Positions 1-8,779 of a stretch of 64,000 bases of DNA are shown piece after piece (positions within the stretch are counted from its first letter, which is position 1; each line of letters begins with the position of its first letter). The translations under genes and the position numbers were made by a program. Source of the DNA: Blastocatellia bacterium (GTDB lineage Bacteria; Acidobacteriota; Blastocatellia; HR10); contig DATLZR010000073.1 in assembly GCA_035573895.1 (NCBI GenBank), forward strand, positions 2,028 to 66,027. Reading direction: 5' to 3'. The notes under the pieces are model-generated. The model had not been told where the DNA came from. It saw nothing but the letters and a program-made list of their open reading frames with translations, and ran no database searches.

Positions 1-173
1 TCTGGGAACACGCGAGATCCCGACTGCAGGACAAAGTCCTCTTCGGCAGCGACTATCCGTTCATCACGCCGGACCGATGGATGTCGGATTTCGAGAAGAT
101 CGAACGACTCTCAGACGAAGTCAAACGGAAGATCCTCTACACCAACGCCGCCCGGATTCTCAAGCGGGAATGA
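1..173 (+). CDS. C-terminal fragment of an amidohydrolase-family (amidohydrolase_2/ACMSD-like) protein; the 5' end lies outside the window
   Basis: The frame is open from position 3 to TGA at 171-173. It translates to ...KVLFGSDYPFITPDRWMSDFEKIERLSDEVKRKILYTNAARILKRE, a typical C-terminal end of metal-dependent amidohydrolases. Confidence 0.6.
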   Translation, partial: WEHARSRLQDKVLFGSDYPFITPDRWMSDFEKIERLSDEVKRKILYTNAARILKRE

Positions 174-234
174 CGGGTCGGCTCGTCAGCCGATTCAAGG
201 GTCACGCCGGGTAGGCCCCCTCTGTGCGTGCTTG

Positions 235-264
235 AAAAAAGTCTCTTTCTCGGACCTGAAAGAG
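235..264 (-). terminator. Candidate intrinsic terminator downstream of the 591-aa acyl-CoA dehydrogenase
   Basis: On the minus strand, a 7-bp stem CTCTTTC/GAAAGAG (243-264, 8-nt loop) is followed by AC and TTTTTT (235-240). The stem is AT-rich and lies 174 nt after the stop codon, so support is only moderate. Confidence 0.4.
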
Positions 265-437
265 CAGGATGCAATTAACCTGGCACTGCACGTCAGGATG
301 GCCGACCTTTTCCGAGCCCCGAAGGGGCGCGATCACCTTTTGGAATCATGGCCGCTCAGGCCTTGAACCATCGTCCCGGCATTTCCTGTTGCATCGCGCC
401 CCGGTGGAGCTTCGGCGTGAGATTGGCGGACGGCTTT

Positions 438-2213
438 TTAAACGGCGTATTGGCCCGCCTGAATCATTGCGTTGGCGATGCGGCGTCGCGCGGCGATGGT
501 GTTGAAAGGTTCATGGCGAGTAAACCGGCGAAGCGCCGCCAGAAGCATTCGCAGATCGTCTCCCTCGGCCAAAGCCGACAGGGCCATTCGCGCTGTGGCA
601 TCAATCCGGGTTATAGCAGATGCGACATAAGTCCGGGCAATATCGCAGGGGATCTCGGCCCGCTTCTCCCCCTCCCGCTGGAGGAGTTTTAGCGCCCGGA
701 GGACGGCGCTCTCCATTGCAAAGACCTCCATGGCGATGTCACTCAACGCCCCGACGATCTCCTGCTCCTCGGTCAACCGTTCCCCGTACCTCTGGAGCGC
801 CACGCCCGCGACCAGCAGGAAAATCTTCCGCGCACGAGCGACGACTGCCCGCTCCGGCCCGAGAGTATCGCCTGACTCCTCCTCGGGTGCAGGTGGCGCC
901 AGCAACTCATCACGCAGACGCAGCGCGGCCGGGATGAGCGGCAGCTCTCCTCGTGTGGCTCGCCGCAGGACCATTCCCGTCGTCAGCAGCCGATTGATCT
1001 CGTTCGTCCCTTCGTAAATGCGGTTGATGCGCGCATCCCGGTAGGCTCGTTCCGCGGGATACTCCTGGCTGTAGCCGTTACCGCCGAAGATTTGAACCGT
1101 CTCGTCAACCACATAGCCCAGAGCTTCGCTCGCCATGACCTTATTGATAGCGCATTCGACGGCGTACTGCTCGATGGCTTTCACCTGAGCATCGGGATCA
1201 TCGGAACTGATCCCGGCCAGCGCCTGATCAATGAGCCATGTCGTGCGGTAGACCATCGCTTCGCACACCCACGTGCGGATCACCATCTCAGCGAGCTTGT
1301 GCTTGATCAGACCGAATTCGCAGATGGGTCGGCCAAACTGTCGCCGATCTTTGGCGTACCCCAGCGCATGATTGAAGGAGAGTTTCGCTCCACCCACACA
1401 CCCGGCGGCCAGCTTGAGGCGACCCAGATTGAGGATGTTAAAGGCAATCTTATGTCCCTTGCCGATTTCCCCCAGGACGTTCTCCACAGGGACGGGGACG
1501 TTCTCCAGAAGGAGCGGGCAGGTGGATGAACCCTTGATGCCCATCTTCTTCTCTTCTTTTCCGACGGTAAACCCGGGGAAGCTTCGCTCGACAATGAAGG
1601 CGGTGAAATGCTCCCCGCCGACTTTGCCGAAGACGGTGAAGATATCGGCAAAACCGGCGTTGGTGATCCACATCTTCGTCCCGTTGAGGATGTAGTATCG
1701 CCCATCGGGGCTGAGATCGGCCCGCGTTTTGGCCGCCAGCGCATCGGAACCGGCTTCAGGCTCCGTCAGCGCGTAGGCGCCGATCAGTTCTCCCGTGGCC
1801 ATGCGAGGTAAATACTTGCGCTTCTGCTCCTCGCTGCCGAAAAAGACGATGGGCTCGGTTCCGATCCCGGTGTGTGTCCCCAAGGCGCTGGTGAAGCCGC
1901 CGCCTCCGGCGATCTTTTCCATAATGACCATCGTGCTCATCTTGTCCAGGCCCAGACCTCCGTATTTTTCCGGGATATGAGCCGAGACGAGCCCGATGTC
2001 ACTTGCCCGACGGATCAGATCGCGCACGAGTTCAAAATTGTGATTCTCGATCTCCTCGTAGTGCGGCAGCACCTCGGTCCGCATGAACTCTTCCGTGGTT
2101 TTGGCTATGAGGCTATGTTCGGGACTGAGTTCCTCAGGGATGAAAACAAAATCCAACGGTGTTTCTTCCAAAAGGAACCGTCCTCCCCGAAGCACTTGAA
2201 CATCTGTCGTCAT
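438..2213 (-). CDS. Acyl-CoA dehydrogenase, long form with a C-terminal extension
   Basis: The 591-aa ORF carries ACAD motifs GAYALTEPEAGSDA and QIFGGNGYSQEYPAERAYRDARINRIYEGTNEI. Confidence 0.9.
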   Translation of the reverse strand: MTTDVQVLRGGRFLLEETPLDFVFIPEELSPEHSLIAKTTEEFMRTEVLPHYEEIENHNFELVRDLIRRASDIGLVSAHIPEKYGGLGLDKMSTMVIMEKIAGGGGFTSALGTHTGIGTEPIVFFGSEEQKRKYLPRMATGELIGAYALTEPEAGSDALAAKTRADLSPDGRYYILNGTKMWITNAGFADIFTVFGKVGGEHFTAFIVERSFPGFTVGKEEKKMGIKGSSTCPLLLENVPVPVENVLGEIGKGHKIAFNILNLGRLKLAAGCVGGAKLSFNHALGYAKDRRQFGRPICEFGLIKHKLAEMVIRTWVCEAMVYRTTWLIDQALAGISSDDPDAQVKAIEQYAVECAINKVMASEALGYVVDETVQIFGGNGYSQEYPAERAYRDARINRIYEGTNEINRLLTTGMVLRRATRGELPLIPAALRLRDELLAPPAPEEESGDTLGPERAVVARARKIFLLVAGVALQRYGERLTEEQEIVGALSDIAMEVFAMESAVLRALKLLQREGEKRAEIPCDIARTYVASAITRIDATARMALSALAEGDDLRMLLAALRRFTRHEPFNTIAARRRIANAMIQAGQYAV

Positions 2214-2263
2214 CGCTTTTTCCTCCGTTGCCCTTGAACTGTCACTTTCCTCAGAACCACCTG

Positions 2264-2917
2264 TCAGGATTCCGCCGAAGCGGTGGGGTCAGCTTTGGCG
2301 ACGATCTCGCCCATGGAGACGGGGCGCAAGATCCCGTGAAAGGCGATCTTTGCTACCTCCTCGGCGACCTGCTCGCTCGTCAGTCGGCCTTCGGGCCGAT
2401 ACCAACGTGAGAGCGTCAAAAGCATCCCGAAGAGGCTGAACGCGGCAACCGTCACATCTACGTCCTGAAGTTTCCCTGCGGCCTGCAGTTCCTTGAGCGT
2501 ATCGCGGAGGAACTCATAATACGCGCGCTTGCGTTTGGTGATCGCTCGACGGTGAGCCGGAGTAAGGGCCGCAACTTCATCCACGAGGATGGTGAGGGCT
2601 TTTCCTCGCTCGGTGATCAGCCGCGCGTGTTTGACGAGGATGGTTCGCAGGCGTTGTTCGGGATCGGAGATTTGACGCGCCGGTTCAATCACCTCTTCCT
2701 CCAGCCGCTGCATGCCATAGTTCATAATGGTGAAGAGCAAGCTCTCCTTGCCGGTAATGTAATGATAGAGGCCGGGCTTGGTCAGTCCAACAGCGTCAGC
2801 AATATCATTGAGGGAGGTAGCGTCATATCCTTTGGCGCAGATGATTTCGGCAGCAGTGGTGCAAATTTGCCCCAGCCGATTGTTCTCTTCCACCTTAAGC
2901 TGCCGTTTTCGTCTCAT
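2264..2917 (-). CDS. TetR/AcrR-family transcriptional regulator, likely a fatty-acid degradation repressor
   Basis: The 217-aa ORF has an N-terminal HTH (ICTTAAEIICAKGYDATSLNDIADAVGLTKPGLYHYITGKESL). It lies between two acyl-CoA dehydrogenase genes. Confidence 0.9.
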   Translation of the reverse strand: MRRKRQLKVEENNRLGQICTTAAEIICAKGYDATSLNDIADAVGLTKPGLYHYITGKESLLFTIMNYGMQRLEEEVIEPARQISDPEQRLRTILVKHARLITERGKALTILVDEVAALTPAHRRAITKRKRAYYEFLRDTLKELQAAGKLQDVDVTVAAFSLFGMLLTLSRWYRPEGRLTSEQVAEEVAKIAFHGILRPVSMGEIVAKADPTASAES

Positions 2918-2974
2918 CGTTCCAGCCTCTCCTCACCAAACCTCCGGTCAGTCATCGCCTTGCACCATGCTCCA

Positions 2975-2988
2975 ACCGACCGGTCGGT
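2975..2988. promoter_or_regulatory. Perfect 14-bp palindrome ACCGACCGGTCGGT, candidate TetR operator (autoregulation)
   Basis: The palindrome is read directly from the sequence, 58 nt upstream of the tetR start. A related 8-bp palindrome AACCGGTT at 4330-4337 abuts the candidate fadD-like promoter. Confidence 0.4.
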
Positions 2989-3061
2989 AATGTATTCCCC
3001 GCACGCGTTCGATGTCAAGCCGAGGCTCGGCGGGATGTCGGTCGCAATGGGTGGATCCTCC

Positions 3062-4210
3062 TCATGGGAGTTTGCCGAACAGCTCGCGGGCCATGATCAG
3101 ACGCTGAATTTCCGACGTTCCTTCGTAAATCTGAAACACCTTCGCATCTCGCATGAGTTTTTCCACAGGATACTCCCTGATGTAGCCGTAGCCGCCGAAC
3201 ACCTGGACGGCTTCAGTGGTTACGCGCATGGCCGTGTCGGCGGCAAAACACTTGGCGTAGGCCGCCTCCAGCGTATTGCGGAGTCCCCTGTCGGCCAACC
3301 ACGCAGCATGCCAGGTGAGCCAGCGGGCGGCGGCCGTTTCCATGGCCATTTGCGCGATTTTGAAACTGATTCCCTGATGGCGAGCGATGGGCACACCAAA
3401 GGTCTTACGCTCACGGGCATAGGTGATAGCTAATTCGGTGGCCCGTCGCGCGACCCCCACTGCCGCGGCGGCGACGGCCGGGCGGGAGTAATCAAAGACC
3501 CGCATGGCGATCTGAAAACCGTCGCCCTCCTGACCCAGACGATTTGTCGCCGGGACCTCCACCTCCTCCAAAATTACCTGGGCTGCATCGGCGGCCCGCT
3601 GGCCCATTTTGTCATCCTTTCGCCCGACAACGACGCCTTTCATCTCTCGCTCCACGATGAAGGCGCTGATTCCCCGATGGCGCTTCTCCTTGTCCGTGTA
3701 AGCGAAGACGACATACCAGTTGGCGACCGAGGCGTTGGATATGAAATTCTTCGTCCCGCTTATCACATACACATCCTTCTCCCGACGGGCGGTGGTCTGA
3801 ATCCCGACCACATCCGATCCGGCAGCCGGTTCGGTCAGAGCGTAGGCAGCCAACTGCCGTTCCTCTGTCAAACGGGTGAGGTATTTTCGCTTCTGTTCCT
3901 CTGTCCCGGCCAACAGCACGGGCAATGCCGCCAGTTGATTGAGCGCAATCGCTGAGCGAATCCCGGCACATCCCCAGGCGAGTTCCTCCCCGATCAAGCA
4001 CTCATCGAGCAAGGATAACCCCGGACCTCCATACTCCGGTGGAATGTTGACGTTCATCAGACCCACCTCATACGCCTTCTCCACAACCGGCCAGGGGAAT
4101 TCCCCGGTATGATCGTAGGTCGCTGCAACGGGAATGATTTCCTTCTCCGCGAACTCGTGAGCGAGCTTTTGAATCGCCCGCTGCTCGTCGGTCAGTGCGA
4201 AATCAATCAT
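3062..4210 (-). CDS. Acyl-CoA dehydrogenase (short/medium-chain type)
   Basis: Motifs AAYALTEPAAGSDV and QVFGGYGYIREYPVEKLMRDAKVFQIYEGTSEIQRL are present. The start is set at MIDFALTDEQ (ATG 4208-4210) rather than the ORF-track start at 4282. Confidence 0.9.
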   Translation of the reverse strand: MIDFALTDEQRAIQKLAHEFAEKEIIPVAATYDHTGEFPWPVVEKAYEVGLMNVNIPPEYGGPGLSLLDECLIGEELAWGCAGIRSAIALNQLAALPVLLAGTEEQKRKYLTRLTEERQLAAYALTEPAAGSDVVGIQTTARREKDVYVISGTKNFISNASVANWYVVFAYTDKEKRHRGISAFIVEREMKGVVVGRKDDKMGQRAADAAQVILEEVEVPATNRLGQEGDGFQIAMRVFDYSRPAVAAAAVGVARRATELAITYARERKTFGVPIARHQGISFKIAQMAMETAAARWLTWHAAWLADRGLRNTLEAAYAKCFAADTAMRVTTEAVQVFGGYGYIREYPVEKLMRDAKVFQIYEGTSEIQRLIMARELFGKLP

Positions 4211-4342
4211 GGCCGCCTCCTGCACACAGCGGTGAAACGTCATTGATAGAGGTTGCCATTTTAGGCCAGTTCGTCTTGCCAAACAAGCAGGACATGTCTC
4301 TCAAAAAACGAAGAGGCTGCCCGACAGAGAACCGGTTGGCGC

Positions 4343-4372
4343 TTGACACGCGAGACCTGAACTGATTATTGT
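4343..4372 (+). promoter_or_regulatory. Candidate sigma70-type promoter for the acyl-CoA synthetase gene
   Basis: TTGACA (4343-4348), an 18-nt spacer, then TATTGT (4367-4372). The site is about 100 nt upstream of ATG 4476. The inverted pentamers TGACA and TGTCA bracket the spacer. Confidence 0.3.
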
Positions 4373-4475
4373 CACGGTGCCTGGCGAGGGCGGAGGGGAT
4401 GCTCAAGTCGGGGAGCGAAAATCAAAGATGTGGCCAACGCACTGATGTCATCTCATCCACTGCGGAGGGAAAACG

Positions 4476-6071
4476 ATGAACATTCCACTCACACCGTTGC
4501 GCTTTCAGCGCCGCGCCGCGACGCTTTATCGGAAGAAGGTCGGCGTCGTCTGCGGCGGCGAACGATTCACATACGGCCAATTCAACGAGCGGGTCAATCG
4601 CCTGTCGCGAGCCCTTCAGTCATTGGGAATCCGCAAAGGCGACAGGGTGGCTTTCTTGAGCTACAACTGTCATCGCCTGTTAGAAGCCTACTACGGCGTG
4701 GTTCAAATCGGTGCGGTCCTCATGCCGCTGAATATCCGCCTGAGCCCGGGTGAGTTTACTTACATTCTCAATGATGCCGAAGCCTCGATCCTCTTTCTCG
4801 ATCCCGATTTCATCCCCGTTGTAGATGCCATTCGAAGCAATCTGAAAACGGTCTCAACGTTCATCCTGCTCGCTTCGGCAGAGAGGCCGGGCTGGGCCAT
4901 TCCCCGCACCTACGATGACCTTCTGGCCGAGCAGTCGGGCGAAGATGTTGACACGTCAGGAATCCAGGAAGATGATCTGGCCGAACTCTTTTACACCAGC
5001 GGAACGACCGGAGATCCGAAAGGCGTGATGCTCACCCATCGAAATCTCTATCTCCATGCCATGAGCGTGCTCGCCGCACATCATGTTACAGAGAACGACG
5101 TACAGCTTCACACGATTCCGCTTTTCCACGTCAACGGTTGGGGAACGCCGCAGACGTTGACCTGCGTCGGCGGGACCCATGTGATGCTGCGCCGCTTCGA
5201 TCCCACAACCGTTCTCGAGCTGATCCAAACCGAGCGCGTGACGATCTTCTCGCTCGTTCCCACGATGGCTACCGCGCTGGTGAATCATCCCGACATCGCT
5301 AACTATGATGTTTCCAGCGTAAGGCTCATCCTCATCGGTGGAGCTGCCTCTCCTCCTGAGCTGATTCGGGCGGTGGAGGAAAAGTTCCCCTCGGCTCAAT
5401 GCTATAGCGGCTATGGCCTATCGGAGACCTCCCCCGTACTCACCGTTTCCTTCCTCAAACATGAGCACCAATCCCTCACCGGGGACGAGCGGTATCGCCG
5501 TCAGGCCATGACCGGATTCGCCATTCCGGGCGTCGAGGTGCGCGTCGTCAACGACCGGGGCGAAGATGTCAAACCCGATGGGAAGGAAATCGGCGAAGTC
5601 ATTGCACGAAGCGATGGGATAATGCTCGGGTACTGGCGGCGACCGGAAGAGACGGCTGCAATCATCCGTGACGGCTGGCTTTACACGGGAGATATGGCCA
5701 CGATTGATGAAGACGGCTACATCCTCATCGTGGACCGCAAGAAGGATATCATCGTCAGCGGCGGAGAGAACATTGCGTCCATTGAGATCGAGAAGGTGCT
5801 CGCCTCGCACCCCGCGGTTTATGAGTGCGCCGTCATTGCCGTACCCGATGACAAATGGGGCGAAGTTCCCAAGGGGCTGGTCGTCCTCAAGCCGGGGATG
5901 ACAGCCACCGAACAGGAGCTCCTGGAGTTCTGCAAATCAAAACTCGCGGGATTTAAGGTTCCAAAAAGCATTGACTTCTACGAATCTCTTCCCAAAGGTG
6001 GGACGGGAAAGATCCTCAAACGCGAACTTCGGGAAAAATACTGGAAGGGGTACGAAAAGCGCGTGCACTGA
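4476..6071 (+). CDS. AMP-dependent acyl-CoA synthetase / long-chain-fatty-acid--CoA ligase
   Basis: The 531-aa ORF has AMP-binding motifs LFYTSGTTGDPKGVMLTHRNL, GYGLSETSP and GWLYTGDMATIDEDGYILIVDRKKDIIVSGGENI. Confidence 0.9.
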   Translation: MNIPLTPLRFQRRAATLYRKKVGVVCGGERFTYGQFNERVNRLSRALQSLGIRKGDRVAFLSYNCHRLLEAYYGVVQIGAVLMPLNIRLSPGEFTYILNDAEASILFLDPDFIPVVDAIRSNLKTVSTFILLASAERPGWAIPRTYDDLLAEQSGEDVDTSGIQEDDLAELFYTSGTTGDPKGVMLTHRNLYLHAMSVLAAHHVTENDVQLHTIPLFHVNGWGTPQTLTCVGGTHVMLRRFDPTTVLELIQTERVTIFSLVPTMATALVNHPDIANYDVSSVRLILIGGAASPPELIRAVEEKFPSAQCYSGYGLSETSPVLTVSFLKHEHQSLTGDERYRRQAMTGFAIPGVEVRVVNDRGEDVKPDGKEIGEVIARSDGIMLGYWRRPEETAAIIRDGWLYTGDMATIDEDGYILIVDRKKDIIVSGGENIASIEIEKVLASHPAVYECAVIAVPDDKWGEVPKGLVVLKPGMTATEQELLEFCKSKLAGFKVPKSIDFYESLPKGGTGKILKRELREKYWKGYEKRVH

Positions 6072-6521
6072 TCGGCCAGCGCTTTTGAGCGGAGGGGGCA
6101 AATTGTCGTGGCCGTAACCGCGAGGTGTGCCCTTCATTCAGTGTCTCTGAAACCCGCCCAACCGGCTTTCTATCACGGGCGGCTGCACGTGGAGCGGGGG
6201 ATTAAACGAGGAGACTGGTCCCACGGTAAATAATCGGCTCGCGTTAAGCCACCCTGCTTTTCGCGGAGGCTTTTCAAAGAAAGCTGTTCAGCGGGGACGA
6301 ACCGGCACTGCCTGTTATGACAGGCAGAGCAGGACGTCAAAGGTGAACCCCTTTGTTCGCCGATTCGCAGCGCCAGGAGCGGGCCAGCATGCTCTATATG
6401 GACTTCCCCCGGCCGAAGCGTCAGGCTCCGGATCATACAAGCCCGCCGGTCAGCTTCGTCGCCTGTTATACTAGGAGCGACGAGCCCCCGGCTCGGTGAG
6501 ATGTGGAGGCCACCTCGACAC

Positions 6522-7091
6522 TCACTTGTCCTGAGGAGAAGACTTCTTGCCCGCGAGCAGACTACAGGCGTTCCGTGCACCCGACGGATCAATTGCCGTT
6601 GCTCCCTGTTCGATATGGCGTATGATGCCCTCCTTGTCTATAACGAACGTCGTCCGCCGTGCGACGCCCCGCTCTTCATCGAGAATCCCGTATTTTTTGG
6701 AAACCGCACGATTCAGATCGCTCAGTAGCGGAAAGGTCACGCCGATCTCCTTGGCAAATCGCTGATTGGCAAAGGGGCTATCAATGCTGATGCCGAGCAC
6801 GACGGTATCGGTCTCCTCAAACTTGGCCATATCAGCCTGATAGGCCTGAAGCTCGCGGGTTCAGCCACCGGTGAACGCGAGCACATAGAACGCGAGAACG
6901 ACGTTCTTCTTTCCTTTGAAATCTGACAGCCTGACCGGCTTAAGGTTTTGATCCTGGAGCGTGAAGTCGGGAGCCGGATCCCCAACCTTCACGCTCGTCT
7001 GGGGCGGGGCCGACGTCTGTTGAGCACTCCCGATCATACCCAGAAGCGAGAGAACCACTCCCATCACGACGGTTTGCGATCTGATCCTCAC
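6522..7091 (-). CDS. Exported AhpC/TSA (BCP/redoxin-type) peroxiredoxin with in-frame UGA at 6861-6863 at the peroxidatic Cys position; putative selenoprotein
   Basis: ORFs 6861..7091 and 6522..6830 share one frame. The junction reads VLAFYVLAFTGG-TGA-TRELQAYQADMAKFEETDTVVLGISIDS. There is a GTG start at 7089-7091 with AAGGAGG 9 nt upstream. The signal peptide is MRIRSQTVVMGVVLSLLGMIGSAQQ. Confidence 0.75.
6825..6846 (-). promoter_or_regulatory. Candidate bacterial SECIS hairpin
   Basis: The mRNA sequence GGCCUAUCAGGCUGAUAUGGCC begins at the 15th nt after the UGA. The fold has a 4-bp GGCC/GGCC lower stem, an internal loop, a 3-bp AUC/GAU upper stem and apical loop AGGCU. It was folded by eye only. 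Confidence 0.4.
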
Positions 7092-7294
7092 GGCAGGCGT
7101 CCTCCTTGAGATCGAGATTTCTCACATCTGACACGGCTCCATAGTCTACTGCTGAACGCCCAGGCAAGCAACAACCATTCCCATTACACGGAGCCGCTGC
7201 CCTGACGTCCTCGCTCGAAGCAAGGGCGGAATCAAAGGCCTGAGCTTGTGAAAAGGAAAAAGATAGCGGATTCCTGACACCGGTCGCGCAACAC

Positions 7295-8569
7295 TCACGG
7301 TCGCTCGATCGGTTTCAGGGACCACAACCGATGCCATGACCGACGGTATGGGGCGAAACCCACCAGGGCCATGGCTGCCAGAAGGAGTCCCGCTCCACGA
7401 TACAGTCCCTTGATACCTACAACACCGGCAACGACTCCCGCCAGAGAAACCGACAGGGTTTGAGCAACGAGAAAACATGCCCACGATGCGCTCGTCACAC
7501 GTCCCATGAGTTCCATGGGGATCTCTTCCTGAAGGAACGTCTGAGCGGAGATGATAATGGCGGCTGCTGCCACTCCCATAGCGAAGGCGCAGACGAAAAT
7601 TTTCGTCAGCGACACTACAAAAGTGAGAAATATGAGCCCCCCACCAACGATAAAAATTCCTCCAGCCAGAGCCAGGCGACGGGGAATACGCGAGAGTTTC
7701 CCCACCACCGGAATACCAATCAGCGTTCCCACTCCCGCCAGGGACACAATCAAGCCGAATGTTTGCGGGCCCTGACCAAGAACATCACGCACATAGATCA
7801 CTCCCAGCACGGTCAGTGAGCCGGTCACCAAAAGGGTGAGCGATAGGGAAACGATGACGTAGCGAATCGGACGATGAGTGAGACCAAACCGGATCCCTTC
7901 GGCAAAGAGAGCCCCAATCTCGCGCAGGCTGAAATGGGCTGGGGTCGCTCGAACGCCGCTCAATTGATACCTCCCCTGAAGCCGAATCCCTGAAACAGCC
8001 ATCGCCGAGAAGAGAAAACTCACGCTCAGACAAGCAAGCACTAGGGGATGGTTGAGCTTCTCCAGGAGAAATCCGCTCAGTCCGGGAGCAACGATCAGGC
8101 TCATTTGCATTGCTTGAGTGATTAGGGCATTGGCCGCCGTCAGCTCATTCTGCGAAACAATCTGCCGGGTCATGAACAGTCGCCCAATCAAGAAAAAGGA
8201 TCCCGCCAGACCAAAGAGAACTATCGTTGTCGTGAGGATACCAGGAGAGGCTGAAACCATCGGAACGAGGAGCAATCCCGCCCGCGTTAGCTCACTCATG
8301 GTGAGAAGTCGTATTGGTGAGATCCGGTCGAGGATCACTCCCGCCAGCGGGAGAACCAGCACCTGCGAAAGAAAAAAGAGCGCAGCTAAAAAACTCAGGT
8401 GTTCCGTCCCGACACGCTGCCTGAACCCCACAAGCACGAGCAAGGTATAGACGGCCAACACCCCACCGAGACTACTGACCGCGAAAGCACTCCAGAGAAG
8501 CCGGAAGTCACGATTCTTCAAAAGCCCTCGATAGGTTACTGACGTCGCCGCAGGGGAGAGATGAGTCAC
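7295..8569 (-). CDS. MFS transporter
   Basis: The 424-aa ORF is hydrophobic throughout with about 12 predicted TM segments, the typical MFS architecture. Confidence 0.85.
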   Translation of the reverse strand: MTHLSPAATSVTYRGLLKNRDFRLLWSAFAVSSLGGVLAVYTLLVLVGFRQRVGTEHLSFLAALFFLSQVLVLPLAGVILDRISPIRLLTMSELTRAGLLLVPMVSASPGILTTTIVLFGLAGSFFLIGRLFMTRQIVSQNELTAANALITQAMQMSLIVAPGLSGFLLEKLNHPLVLACLSVSFLFSAMAVSGIRLQGRYQLSGVRATPAHFSLREIGALFAEGIRFGLTHRPIRYVIVSLSLTLLVTGSLTVLGVIYVRDVLGQGPQTFGLIVSLAGVGTLIGIPVVGKLSRIPRRLALAGGIFIVGGGLIFLTFVVSLTKIFVCAFAMGVAAAAIIISAQTFLQEEIPMELMGRVTSASWACFLVAQTLSVSLAGVVAGVVGIKGLYRGAGLLLAAMALVGFAPYRRSWHRLWSLKPIERP

Positions 8570-8611
8570 GATCCCGTCCTAGCGCAGCCATGGCCTGGAA
8601 GATGGGGAAAA

Positions 8612-8685
8612 TGGCTGGGAGCCAGGGATTCGAACCCCGATTCGCGGATCCAGAGTCCGCTGTCCTACCATTGAACGAGCTCCCA
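8612..8685 (-). tRNA. tRNA-Gln (anticodon CUG)
   Basis: The 74-nt cloverleaf was folded by hand: acceptor TGGGAGC/GCTCCCA, D stem GTTC/GGAC, anticodon stem GCGGA/TCCGC with loop CTCTGGA, T arm CGGGG-TTCGAAT-CCCTG, discriminator G, and encoded CCA. Confidence 0.9.
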
Positions 8686-8697
8686 GCAGCGCACGTC

Positions 8698-8727
8698 ACT
8701 ATAGCGAGTAGCGTCCTCCGTTGTCAA
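8698..8727 (-). promoter_or_regulatory. Candidate sigma70-type promoter for tRNA-Gln
   Basis: On the minus strand: TTGACA (8722-8727), an 18-nt spacer, then TATAGT (8698-8703). The -10 hexamer ends 12 nt before the mature tRNA 5' end. Confidence 0.5.
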
Positions 8728-8779
8728 GCGCGGTTCTCGCTGGCCCGAGACCGTTCGTGTCATCGCTCCAGGCATCAGA

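Noticed and set aside
6255-6295. Possible tRNA-Sec (selC) next to the putative selenoprotein, suggested by a TTCAAA in a small hairpin (GCTTT-TCAAAG-AAAGC).
   Set aside because: The loop is 6 nt rather than 7. There is no GGTTCGA-type T arm, no long variable arm and no acceptor pairing, so this is not a tRNA.
6072-6521. Whether this gap encodes tmRNA, RNase P RNA, SRP RNA or a cobalamin riboswitch.
   Set aside because: By eye I found no GGAAAGTCC-type RNase P core, no tRNA-like 3' end (TCCACCA) or ...ALAA tag frame, no GGAAGCAGCC SRP motif, and only weak resemblance to the B12 box. A covariance-model scan would be decisive.
6173-6592. 139-aa ORF in the convergent gap downstream of the peroxiredoxin.
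   Set aside because: Its Arg/Ser/Pro/Cys-rich sequence has no motifs, it overlaps the peroxiredoxin 3' end, and it has no SD. I treat the region as non-coding.
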